Below the pieces are notes generated by a model. That model made no database searches. It was not told the origin of the DNA and saw only the letters and a list, made by a program, of their open reading frames with translations. A DNA stretch of 64,000 bases from Gordius albopunctatus (Eukaryota). The stretch is taken from positions 7,750,001-7,814,000 of the forward strand of contig OZ193910.1 in assembly GCA_964276515.1 (NCBI GenBank). Reading direction: 5' to 3'. Of this stretch, positions 27,431 through 40,696 are shown one piece after another. The translations under genes and the position numbers were made by a program. Numbering within the stretch: the stretch's first letter is position 1; every line of letters begins with the position of its first letter.

Positions 27431-30400
27431 TTTTTGATGACTGATCAAAAAAATGTTTTTCAAGGAATTCACCTCTTATACCGAAAACTTTCATGAGAGC
27501 TATATGGTTGAACAAAAAAATTGAAAAAATTTTGAGGTCGAAAAAAATATTGTTTTTCAAATTCTTTCGAAAGGGAGATGAAAAAATCTTTAAAAGTTAG
27601 TAAATATTCTTAGAATTTTGTCCTTGTTAGAATCTTGATAGGAATATATGCGTGGGGGGATGTTTGAGATTGAGAGAAATTAAAATTTTCGTGTTGCGTT
27701 TATATTGTTTCAATATCGCTTTATAAGCGTGTCTCTAGTTTTAGTGAAACAAGCTCTATGCGATCGTGATTTAGAGATAATAATTTTTGACGACTGATCA
27801 AAAAAATGTTTTTAAAGGAATTCACCTCTTATACCGAAAACTTTCATGAGAGCTATATGGTTGAACAAAAAAATAGAAAAAATTTTGAGGTCGAAAAAAT
27901 TATTATTTTTCATATTCTTTCGAAAGGGAGATGAAAAAATCTTTAAAAGTTAGTAAATATTCTTAGCATTTTGTCCTTGTTAGAATCTTGAAAGGAATTT
28001 ATGCGTGGGGGGATGTTTTAGATTGAGAGAAATTAAAATTAAGGTGTTGCGTTTATATTGTTTCAATATCGCTTTATAAGCGTGTCTCTAGTTTTAGTGA
28101 AACAAGCTCTATGCGATCGTGATTTAGAGTTAATAATTTTTGATGACTGATCAAAAAAATGTTTTTCAAGGAATTCACCTCTTATACCGAAAACTTTCAT
28201 GAGAGCTATATGGTTGAACAAAAAAATTGAAAAAATTTTGAGGTCGAAAAAATTATTATTTTTCATATTCTTTCGAAAGGGAGATGAAAAAATCTTTAAA
28301 AGTTAGTAAATATTCTTAGCATATTGTCCTCGTTAGAATCTTGATAGGAATTTATGCGTGGGGGGATGTTTGAGATTGAGAGAAATTAAAATTTTCGTGC
28401 TGCGTTTATATTGTTTCAATATCGCTTTATAAGCGTGTCTCTAGTTTTAGTGAAACAAGCTCGATGCGATCGTGATTTAGAGTTAATAATTTTTGATGAC
28501 TGATCAAAAAAATGTTTTTCAAGCAATTCACCTGTTATACCGAAAACTTTCATGAGAGCTATATGGTTGAACAAAAAAATTGAAAAAATTTTGAGGTCGA
28601 AAAAAATATTATTTTTCAAATTCTTTCGAAAGGATGATGAAAAAATCTTTAAAAGTTAGTAAATATTCTTAGAATTTTGTCCTTGTTAGAATATTGATAG
28701 AAATTTATGCGTGGGGGGATGTTTTAGATTGAGAGAAATTAAAATTTAGGTGTTGCGTTTATATTGTTTCAATATCGCTTTATAAGCGTGTCTCTAGTTT
28801 TAGTGAAACAAGCTCTATGCGATCGTGATTTAGAGATAATAATTTTTGACGACTGATCAAAAAAATGTTTTTAAAGGAATTCACCTCTTATACCGAAAAC
28901 TTTCATGAGAGCTATATGGTTGAACAAAAAAATAGAAAAAATTTTGAGGTCGAAAAAATTTTTATTTTTCATATTCTTTCGAAAGGGAGATGAAAAAATC
29001 TTTAAAAGTTAGTAAATATTCTTAGAATTTTGTCCTTGTTAGAATCTTGAAAGGAATTTATGCGTGGGGGGATGTTTTAGATTGAGAGAAATTAAAATTT
29101 AGGTGTTGCGTTTATATTGTTTCAATATCGCTTTATAAGCGTGTCTCTAGTTTTAGTGAAACAAGCTCTATGCGATCGTGATTTAGAGTTAATAATTTTT
29201 GATGACTGATCAAAAAAATGTTTTTCAAGGAATTCACCTCTTATACCGAAAACTTTCATGAGAGCTATATGGTTGAACAAAAAAATTGAAAAAATTTTGA
29301 GGTCGAAAAAATTATTATTTTTCATATTCTTTCGAAAGGGAGATGAAAAAATCTTTAAAAGTTAGTAAATATTCTTAGCATATTGTCCTCGTTAGAATCT
29401 TGATAGGAATTTATGCGTCGGGGGATGTTTTAGATTGAGAGAAATTAAAATTTTCGTGCTGCGTTTAGTTTGTTTCAATATCGCTTTATAAGCGTGTCTC
29501 TAGTTTTAGTGAAACAAGCTCTATGCGATCGTGATTTACAGTTAATAATTTTTGATGACTGATCAAAAAAATGTTTTTCAAGGAATTCACCTCTTATACC
29601 GAAAACTTTCATGAGAGCTATATGGTTGAACAAAAAAATTGAAAAAATTTTGAGGTCGAAAAAAATATTGTTTTTCAAATTCTTTCGAAAGGGAGATGAA
29701 AAAATCTTTAAAAGTTAGTAAATATTCTTAGAATTTTGTCCTTGTTAGAATCTTGATAGGAATATATGCGTGGGGGGATGTTTGAGATTGAGAGAAATTA
29801 AAATTTTCGTGTTGCGTTTATATTGTTTCAATATCGCTTTATAAGCGTGTCTCTAGTTTTAGTGAAACAAGCTCTATGCGATCGTGATTTAGAGATAATA
29901 ATTTTTGACGACTGATCAAAAAAATGTTTTTAAAGGAATTCACCTCTTATACCGAAAACTTTCATGAGAGCTATATGGTTGAACAAAAAAATAGAAAAAA
30001 TTTTGAGGTCGAAAAAATTATTATTTTTCATATTCTTTCGAAAGGGAGATGAAAAAATCTTTAAAAGTTAGTAAATATTCTTAGCATTTTGTCCTTGTTA
30101 GAATCTTGAAAGGAATTTATGCGTGGGGGGATGTTTTAGATTGAGAGAAATTAAAATTAAGGTGTTGCGTTTATATTGTTTCAATATCGCTTTATAAGCG
30201 TGTCTCTAGTTTTAGTGAAACAAGCTCTATGCGATCGTGATTTAGAGTTAATAATTTTTGATGACTGATCAAAAAAATGTTTTTCAAGGAATTCACCTCT
30301 TATACCGAAAACTTTCATGAGAGCTATATGGTTGAACAAAAAAATTGAAAAAATTTTGAGGTCGAAAAAATTATTATTTTTCATATTCTTTCGAAAGGGA

Positions 30401-30790
30401 GATGAAAAAATCTTTAAAAGTTAGTAAATATTCTTAGCATATTGTCCTCGTTAGAATCTTGATAGGAATTTATGCGTGGGGGGATGTTTGAGATTGAGAG
30501 AAATTAAAATTTTCGTGCTGCGTTTATATTGTTTCAATATCGCTTTATAAGCGTGTCTCTAGTTTTAGTGAAACAAGCTCGATGCGATCGTGATTTAGAG
30601 TTAATAATTTTTGATGACTGATCAAAAAAATGTTTTTCAAGCAATTCACCTGTTATACCGAAAACTTTCATGAGAGCTATATGGTTGAACAAAAAAATTG
30701 AAAAAATTTTGAGGTCGAAAAAAATATTATTTTTCAAATTCTTTCGAAAGGATGATGAAAAAATCTTTAAAAGTTAGTAAATATTCTTAG
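25930..30790. repeat. 6-monomer HOR, period 2,118 bp, ~2.3 copies
   Basis: ORF coordinates 25945/28063/30181, 26298/28416/30534, 27004/29122 and 27357/29475. Markers GCGTCGGG (27301/29419) and AATTAAGGTG (~28041/30159). Confidence 0.92.
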
Positions 30791-31221
30791 CATTTTGTCC
30801 TTGTTAGAATATTGATAGAAATTTATGCGTGGGGGGATGTTTTAGATTGAGAGAAATTAAAATTTAGGTGTTGCGTTTATATTGTTTCAATATCGCTTTA
30901 TAACCGTGTCTCTAGTTTTAGTGAAACAAGCTCTATGCGATCGTGATTTAGAGATAATAATTTTTGACGACTGATCAAAAAAATGTTTTTAAAGGAATTC
31001 ACCTCTTATACCGAAAACTTTCATGAGAGCTATATGGTTGAACAAAAAAATAGAAAAAATTTTGAGGTCGAAAAAATTTTTATTTTTCATATTCTTTCGA
31101 AAGGGAGATGAAAAAATCTTTAAAAGTTAGTAAATATTCTTAGAATTTTGTCCTTGTTAGAATCTTGAAAGGAATTTATGCGTGGGGGGATGTTTTAGAT
31201 TGAGAGAAATTAAAATTTAGG

Positions 31222-34200
31222 TGTTGCGTTTATATTGTTTCAATATCGCTTTATAAGCGTGTCTCTAGTTTTAGTGAAACAAGCTCTATTCGATCGTGAT
31301 TCAGAGTTAATAATTTTATGACTGATTAAAAAAATGTTTTTCAAGGAATTCACCTCTTATACCGAAAACTTTCATGAGAACTATATGGTTGAACAAAAAA
31401 ATTGAAAAAATTTTGAGGTCGAAAAAATATTATTTTTTTCATATTTTTTCGAAAGGGAGATGAAAAAATCTTTAAAAGTTAGTAAATATTCTTAGCATTT
31501 TGTCCTTGTTAGAATCTTGATAGGAATTTATCCTTGGGGGGATGTTTGAGATTGAGAGAAATTAAAATTTTCGTGTTGCGTTTATATTGTTTCAATATCG
31601 CTTTATAAGCGTGTCTCTAGTTTTAGTGAAACAAGCTCTATGCGATCGTGATTTAGAGATAATAATTTTTGACGACTGATCAAAAAAATGTTTTTAAAGG
31701 AATTCACCTCTTATACCGAAAACTTTCATGAGAGCTATATGGTTGAACAAAAAAATAGAAAAAATTTTGAGGTCGAAAAAATTATTATTTTTCATATTCT
31801 TTCGAAAGGGAGATGAAAAAATCTTTAAAAGTTAGTAAATATTCTTAGCATTTTGTCCTTGTTAGAATCTTGATAGGAATATATGCGTGGGGGGATGTTT
31901 GAGATTGAGAGAAATTAAAATTTTCGTGTTACGTTTATATTGTTTCAATATCGCTTTATAAGCGTGTCTCTAGTTTTAGTGAAACAAGCTCTATGCGATC
32001 GTGATTTAGAGTTAATAATTTTTGATGACTGATCAAAAAAATGTTTTTCAAGGAATTCACCTCTTATACCGAAAACTTTCATGAGAGCTATATGGTTGAA
32101 CAAAAAAATTGAAAAAATTTTGAGGTCGAAAAAATTATTATTTTTCATATTCTTTCGAAAGGGAGATGAAAAAATCTTTAAAAGTTAGTAAATATTCTTA
32201 GCATTTTGTCCTTGTTAGAATCTTGATAGGAATTTATCCTTGGGGGGATGTTTGAGATTGAGAGAAATTAAAATTTTCGTGTTGCGTTTATATTGTTTCA
32301 ATATCGCTTTATAAGCGTGTCTCTAGTTTTAGTGAAACAAGCTCTATGCGATCGTGATTTAGAGTTAATAATTTTTGATGACTGATCAAAAAAATGTTTT
32401 TCAAGGAATTCACCTCTTATACCGAAAACTTTCATGAGAGCTATATGGTTGAACAAAAAAATTGAAAAAATTTTGAGGTCGAAAAAATTATTATTTTTCA
32501 TATTCTTTCGAAAGGGAGATGAAAAAATCTTTAAAAGTTAGTAAATATTCTTAGCATATTGTCCTCGTTAGAATCTTGATAGGAATTTATGCGTGGGGGG
32601 ATGTTTGAGATTGAGAGAAATTAAAATTTTCGTGCTGCGTTTATATTGTTTCAATATCGCTTTATAAGCGTGTCTCTAGTTTTAGTGAAACAAGCTCGAT
32701 GCGATCGTGATTTAGAGTTAATAATTTTTGATGACTGATCAAAAAAATGTTTTTCAAGCAATTCACCTGTTATACCGAAAACTTTCATGAGAGCTATATG
32801 GTTGAACAAAAAAATTGAAAAAATTTTGAGGTCGAAAAAAATATTATTTTTCAAATTCTTTCGAAAGGATGATGAAAAAATCTTTAAAAGTTAGTAAATA
32901 TTCTTAGCATTTTGTCCTTGTTAGAATATTGATAGAAATTTATGCGTGGGGGGATGTTTTAGATTGAGAGAAATTAAAATTTAGGTGTTGCGTTTATATT
33001 GTTTCAATATCGCTTTATAAGCGTGTCTCTAGTTTTAGTGAAACAAGCTCTATGCGATCGTGATTTAGAGATAATAATTTTTGACGACTGATCAAAAAAA
33101 TGTTTTTAAAGGAATTCACCTCTTATACCGAAAACTTTCATGAGAGCTATATGGTTGAACAAAAAAATAGAAAAAATTTTGAGGTCGAAAAAATTTTTAT
33201 TTTTCATATTCTTTCGAAAGGGAGATGAAAAAATCTTTAAAAGTTAGTAAATATTCTTAGAATTTTGTCCTTGTTAGAATCTTGAAAGGAATTTATGCGT
33301 GGGGGGATGTTTTAGATTGAGAGAAATTAAAATTTAGGTGTTGCGTTTATATTGTTTCAATATCGCTTTATAAGCGTGTCTCTAGTTTTAGTGAAACAAG
33401 CTCTATTCGATCGTGATTCAGAGTTAATAATTTTATGATTGATCAAAAAAATGTTTTTCAAGGAATTCACCTCTTATACCGAAAACTTTCATGAGAACTA
33501 TATGGTTGAACAAAAAAATTGAAAAAATTTTGAGGTCGAAAAAATATTATTTTTTTCATATTTTTTCGAAAGGGAGATGAAAAAATCTTTAAAAGTTAGT
33601 AAATATTCTTAGCATTTTGTCCTTGTTAGAATCTTGATAGGAATTTATCCTTGGGGGGATGTTTGAGATTGAGAGAAATTAAAATTTTCGTGTTGCGTTT
33701 ATATTGTTTCAATATCGCTTTATAAGCGTGTCTCTAGTTTTAGTGAAACAAGCTCTATGCGATCGTGATTTAGAGTTAATAATTTTTGATGACTGATCAA
33801 AAAAATGTTTTTCAAGGAATTCATCTCTTATACGGAAAACTTTCATGAGAGCTATATGGTTGAACAAAAAAATTGAAAAAATTTTGAGGTCGAAAAAAAT
33901 ATTTTTTTTCATATTCTTTCGAAAGGGAGATGAAAAAATCTTTAAAAGTTATTAAATATTCTTAGCATTTTGTCCTTGTTAGAATCTTGATAGGAATTTT
34001 TGCGTGGGTGGATGTTTTAGATTGAGAGAAATAGAAAATTTAGGTGTTGCGTTTATATTGTTTCAATATCGCTTTATAAGCGTGTCTCTAGTTTTAGTGA
34101 AACAAGCTCTATGCGATCGTGATTTAGAGATAATAATTTTTGACGACTGATCAAAAAAATGTTTTTAAAGGAATTCACCTCTTATACCGAAAACTTTCAT

Positions 34201-37200
34201 GAGAGCTATATGGTTGAACAAAAAAATATAAAAAATTTTGAGGTCGAAAAAATTTTTATTTTTCATATTCTTTCGAAAGGGAGATGAAAAAATCTTTAAA
34301 AGTTAGTAAATATTCTTAGCATATTGTCCTCGTTAGAATCTTGATAGGAATTTATGCGTGGGGGGATGTTTTAGATTGAGAGAAATTAAAATTTTCGTGC
34401 TGCGTTTAGTTTGTTTCAATATCGCTTTATAAGCGTGTCTCTAGTTTTAGTGAAACAAGCTCTATGCGATCGTGATTTACAGTTAATAATTTTTGATGAC
34501 TGATCAAAAAAATGTTTTTCAAGGAATTCACCTCTTATACCGAAAACTTTCATGAGAGCTATATGGTTGAACAAAAAAATAGAAAAAATTTTGAGGTCGA
34601 AAAAATTATTATTTTTCATATTCTTTCGAAAGGGAGATGAAAAAATCTTTAAAAGTTAGTAAATATTCTTAGCATTTTGTCCTTGTTAGAATCTTGAAAG
34701 GAATTTATGCGTGGGGGGATGTTTTAGATTGAGAGAAATTAAAATTTAGGTGTTGCGTTTATATTGTTTCAATATCGCTTTATAAGCGTGTCTCTAGTTT
34801 TAGTGAAACAAGCTCTATGCGATCGTGATTTACAGTTAATAATTTTTGATGACTGATCAAAAAAATGTTTTTAAAGGAATTCACCTCTTATACCGAAAAC
34901 TTTCATGAGAGCTATATGGTTGAACAAAAAAATAGAAAAAATTTTGAGGTCGAAAAAAATATTATTTTTCATATTCTTTTGAAAGGGAGATGAAAAAATC
35001 TTTAAAAGTTAGTAAATATTCTTAGCATTTTGTCCTTGTTAGAATCTTGATAGGAATATATGCGTGGGGGGATGTTTGAGATTGAGAGAAATTAAAATTT
35101 TCGTGTTGCGTTTATATTGTTTCAATATCGCTTTATAAGCGTGTCTCTAGTTTTAGTGAAACAAGCTCTATTCGATCGTGATTCAGAGTTAATAATTTTA
35201 TGACTGATTAAAAAAATGTTTTTCAAGGAATTCACCTCTTATACCGAAAACTTTCATGAGAACTATATGGTTGAACAAAAAAATTGAAAAAATTTTGAGG
35301 TCGAAAAAATATTATTTTTTTCATATTTTTTCGAAAGGGAGATGAAAAAATCTTTAAAAGTTAGTAAATATTCTTAGCATTTTGTCCTTGTTAGAATCTT
35401 GATAGGAATTTATCCTTGGGGGGATGTTTGAGATTGAGAGAAATTAAAATTTTCGTGTTGCGTTTATATTGTTTCAATATCGCTTTATAAGCGTGTCTCT
35501 AGTTTTAGTGAAACAAGCTCTATGCGATCGTGATTTAGAGATAATAATTTTTGACGACTGATCAAAAAAATGTTTTTAAAGGAATTCACCTCTTATACCG
35601 AAAACTTTCATGAGAGCTATATGGTTGAACAAAAAAATAGAAAAAATTTTGAGGTCGAAAAAATTATTATTTTTCATATTCTTTCGAAAGGGAGATGAAA
35701 AAATCTTTAAAAGTTAGTAAATATTCTTAGCATTTTGTCCTTGTTAGAATCTTGATAGGAATATATGCGTGGGGGGATGTTTGAGATTGAGAGAAATTAA
35801 AATTTTCGTGTTACGTTTATATTGTTTCAATATCGCTTTATAAGCGTGTCTCTAGTTTTAGTGAAACAAGCTCTATGCGATCGTGATTTAGAGTTAATAA
35901 TTTTTGATGACTGATCAAAAAAATGTTTTTCAAGGAATTCACCTCTTATACCGAAAACTTTCATGAGAGCTATATGGTTGAACAAAAAAATTGAAAAAAT
36001 TTTGAGGTCGAAAAAATTATTATTTTTCATATTCTTTCGAAAGGGAGATGAAAAAATCTTTAAAAGTTAGTAAATATTCTTAGCATTTTGTCCTTGTTAG
36101 AATCTTGATAGGAATTTATCCTTGGGGGGATGTTTGAGATTGAGAGAAATTAAAATTTTCGTGTTGCGTTTATATTGTTTCAATATCGCTTTATAAGCGT
36201 GTCTCTAGTTTTAGTGAAACAAGCTCTATGCGATCGTGATTTAGAGTTAATAATTTTTGATGACTGATCAAAAAAATGTTTTTCAAGGAATTCACCTCTT
36301 ATACCGAAAACTTTCATGAGAGCTATATGGTTGAACAAAAAAATTGAAAAAATTTTGAGGTCGAAAAAATTATTATTTTTCATATTCTTTCGAAAGGGAG
36401 ATGAAAAAATCTTTAAAAGTTAGTAAATATTCTTAGCATATTGTCCTCGTTAGAATCTTGATAGGAATTTATGCGTGGGGGGATGTTTGAGATTGAGAGA
36501 AATTAAAATTTTCGTGCTGCGTTTATATTGTTTCAATATCGCTTTATAAGCGTGTCTCTAGTTTTAGTGAAACAAGCTCGATGCGATCGTGATTTAGAGT
36601 TAATAATTTTTGATGACTGATCAAAAAAATGTTTTTCAAGCAATTCACCTGTTATACCGAAAACTTTCATGAGAGCTATATGGTTGAACAAAAAAATTGA
36701 AAAAATTTTGAGGTCGAAAAAAATATTATTTTTCAAATTCTTTCGAAAGGATGATGAAAAAATCTTTAAAAGTTAGTAAATATTCTTAGCATTTTGTCCT
36801 TGTTAGAATATTGATAGAAATTTATGCGTGGGGGGATGTTTTAGATTGAGAGAAATTAAAATTTAGGTGTTGCGTTTATATTGTTTCAATATCGCTTTAT
36901 AAGCGTGTCTCTAGTTTTAGTGAAACAAGCTCTATGCGATCGTGATTTAGAGATAATAATTTTTGACGACTGATCAAAAAAATGTTTTTAAAGGAATTCA
37001 CCTCTTATACCGAAAACTTTCATGAGAGCTATATGGTTGAACAAAAAAATAGAAAAAATTTTGAGGTCGAAAAAATTTTTATTTTTCATATTCTTTCGAA
37101 AGGGAGATGAAAAAATCTTTAAAAGTTAGTAAATATTCTTAGAATTTTGTCCTTGTTAGAATCTTGAAAGGAATTTATGCGTGGGGGGATGTTTTAGATT

Positions 37201-39050
37201 GAGAGAAATTAAAATTTAGGTGTTGCGTTTATATTGTTTCAATATCGCTTTATAAGCGTGTCTCTAGTTTTAGTGAAACAAGCTCTATTCGATCGTGATT
37301 CAGAGTTAATAATTTTATGATTGATCAAAAAAATGTTTTTCAAGGAATTCACCTCTTATACCGAAAACTTTCATGAGAACTATATGGTTGAACAAAAAAA
37401 TTGAAAAAATTTTGAGGTCGAAAAAATATTATTTTTTTCATATTTTTTCGAAAGGGAGATGAAAAAATCTTTAAAAGTTAGTAAATATTCTTAGCATTTT
37501 GTCCTTGTTAGAATCTTGATAGGAATTTATCCTTGGGGGGATGTTTGAGATTGAGAGAAATTAAAATTTTCGTGTTGCGTTTATATTGTTTCAATATCGC
37601 TTTATAAGCGTGTCTCTAGTTTTAGTGAAACAAGCTCTATGCGATCGTGATTTAGAGTTAATAATTTTTGATGACTGATCAAAAAAATGTTTTTCAAGGA
37701 ATTCATCTCTTATACGGAAAACTTTCATGAGAGCTATATGGTTGAACAAAAAAATTGAAAAAATTTTGAGGTCGAAAAAAATATTTTTTTTCATATTCTT
37801 TCGAAAGGGAGATGAAAAAATCTTTAAAAGTTATTAAATATTCTTAGCATTTTGTCCTTGTTAGAATCTTGATAGGAATTTTTGCGTGGGTGGATGTTTT
37901 AGATTGAGAGAAATAGAAAATTTAGGTGTTGCGTTTATATTGTTTCAATATCGCTTTATAAGCGTGTCTCTAGTTTTAGTGAAACAAGCTCTATGCGATC
38001 GTGATTTAGAGATAATAATTTTTGACGACTGATCAAAAAAATGTTTTTAAAGGAATTCACCTCTTATACCGAAAACTTTCATGAGAGCTATATGGTTGAA
38101 CAAAAAAATATAAAAAATTTTGAGGTCGAAAAAATTTTTATTTTTCATATTCTTTCGAAAGGGAGATGAAAAAATCTTTAAAAGTTAGTAAATATTCTTA
38201 GCATATTGTCCTCGTTAGAATCTTGATAGGAATTTATGCGTGGGGGGATGTTTTAGATTGAGAGAAATTAAAATTTTCGTGCTGCGTTTAGTTTGTTTCA
38301 ATATCGCTTTATAAGCGTGTCTCTAGTTTTAGTGAAACAAGCTCTATGCGATCGTGATTTACAGTTAATAATTTTTGATGACTGATCAAAAAAATGTTTT
38401 TCAAGGAATTCACCTCTTATACCGAAAACTTTCATGAGAGCTATATGGTTGAACAAAAAAATAGAAAAAATTTTGAGGTCGAAAAAATTATTATTTTTCA
38501 TATTCTTTCGAAAGGGAGATGAAAAAATCTTTAAAAGTTAGTAAATATTCTTAGCATTTTGTCCTTGTTAGAATCTTGAAAGGAATTTATGCGTGGGGGG
38601 ATGTTTTAGATTGAGAGAAATTAAAATTTAGGTGTTGCGTTTATATTGTTTCAATATCGCTTTATAAGCGTGTCTCTAGTTTTAGTGAAACAAGCTCTAT
38701 GCGATCGTGATTTACAGTTAATAATTTTTGATGACTGATCAAAAAAATGTTTTTAAAGGAATTCACCTCTTATACCGAAAACTTTCATGAGAGCTATATG
38801 GTTGAACAAAAAAATAGAAAAAATTTTGAGGTCGAAAAAAATATTATTTTTCATATTCTTTTGAAAGGGAGATGAAAAAATCTTTAAAAGTTAGTAAATA
38901 TTCTTAGCATTTTGTCCTTGTTAGAATCTTGATAGGAATATATGCGTGGGGGGATGTTTGAGATTGAGAGAAATTAAAATTTTCGTGTTGCGTTTATATT
39001 GTTTCAATATCGCTTTATAAGCGTGTCTCTAGTTTTAGTGAAACAAGCTC
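31222..39050. repeat. 11-monomer HOR, period 3,882 bp, 2 copies
   Basis: ORF coordinates 31945/35827, 32298/36180, 32651/36533, 33709/37591 and 34416/38298. Markers ACTGATTAAA (31327/35209) and TTCTTTTGAAAG (~34980/38862). Confidence 0.93.
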
Positions 39051-40696
39051 TATGCGATCGTGATTTAGAGATAATAATTTTTGACGACTGATCAAAAAAA
39101 TGTTTTTAAAGGAATTCACCTCTTATACCGAAAACTTTCATGAGAGCTATATGGTTGAACAAAAAAATAGAAAAAATTTTGAGGTCGAAAAAATTTTTAT
39201 TTTTCATATTCTTTCGAAAGGGAGATGAAAAAATCTTTAAAAGTTAGTAAATATTCTTAGAATTTTGTCCTTGTTAGAATCTTGAAAGGAATTTATGCGT
39301 GGGGGGATGTTTTAGATTGAGAGAAATTAAAATTTAGGTGTTGCGTTTATATTGTTTCAATATCGCTTTATAAGCGTGTCTCTAGTTTTAGTGAAACAAG
39401 CTCTATTCGATCGTGATTCAGAGTTAATAATTTTATGATTGATCAAAAAAATGTTTTTCAAGGAATTCACCTCTTATACCGAAAACTTTCATGAGAACTA
39501 TATGGTTGAACAAAAAAATTGAAAAAATTTTGAGGTCGAAAAAATATTATTTTTTTCATATTTTTTCGAAAGGGAGATGAAAAAATCTTTAAAAGTTAGT
39601 AAATATTCTTAGCATTTTGTCCTTGTTAGAATCTTGATAGGAATTTATCCTTGGGGGGATGTTTGAGATTGAGAGAAATTAAAATTTTCGTGTTGCGTTT
39701 ATATTGTTTCAATATCGCTTTATAAGCGTGTCTCTAGTTTTAGTGAAACAAGCTCTATGCGATCGTGATTTAGAGTTAATAATTTTTGATGACTGATCAA
39801 AAAAATGTTTTTCAAGGAATTCATCTCTTATACGGAAAACTTTCATGAGAGCTATATGGTTGAACAAAAAAATTGAAAAAATTTTGAGGTCGAAAAAAAT
39901 ATTTTTTTTCATATTCTTTCGAAAGGGAGATGAAAAAATCTTTAAAAGTTATTAAATATTCTTAGCATTTTGTCCTTGTTAGAATCTTGATAGGAATTTT
40001 TGCGTGGGTGGATGTTTTAGATTGAGAGAAATAGAAAATTTAGGTGTTGCGTTTATATTGTTTCAATATCGCTTTATAAGCGTGTCTCTAGTTTTAGTGA
40101 AACAAGCTCTATGCGATCGTGATTTAGAGATAATAATTTTTGACGACTGATCAAAAAAATGTTTTTAAAGGAATTCACCTCTTATACCGAAAACTTTCAT
40201 GAGAGCTATATGGTTGAACAAAAAAATATAAAAAATTTTGAGGTCGAAAAAATTTTTATTTTTCATATTCTTTCGAAAGGGAGATGAAAAAATCTTTAAA
40301 AGTTAGTAAATATTCTTAGCATATTGTCCTCGTTAGAATCTTGATAGGAATTTATGCGTGGGGGGATGTTTTAGATTGAGAGAAATTAAAATTTTCGTGC
40401 TGCGTTTAGTTTGTTTCAATATCGCTTTATAAGCGTGTCTCTAGTTTTAGTGAAACAAGCTCTATGCGATCGTGATTTACAGTTAATAATTTTTGATGAC
40501 TGATCAAAAAAATGTTTTTCAAGGAATTCACCTCTTATACCGAAAACTTTCATGAGAGCTATATGGTTGAACAAAAAAATAGAAAAAATTTTGAGGTCGA
40601 AAAAATTATTATTTTTCATATTCTTTCGAAAGGGAGATGAAAAAATCTTTAAAAGTTAGTAAATATTCTTAGCATTTTGTCCTTGTTAGAATCTTG
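36870..40696. repeat. Partial 6-monomer duplication, period 2,118 bp, bridging the 11-mer and 12-mer domains
   Basis: ORF coordinates 37591/39709 and 38298/40416, with identical intervening variant monomers. Confidence 0.85.
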
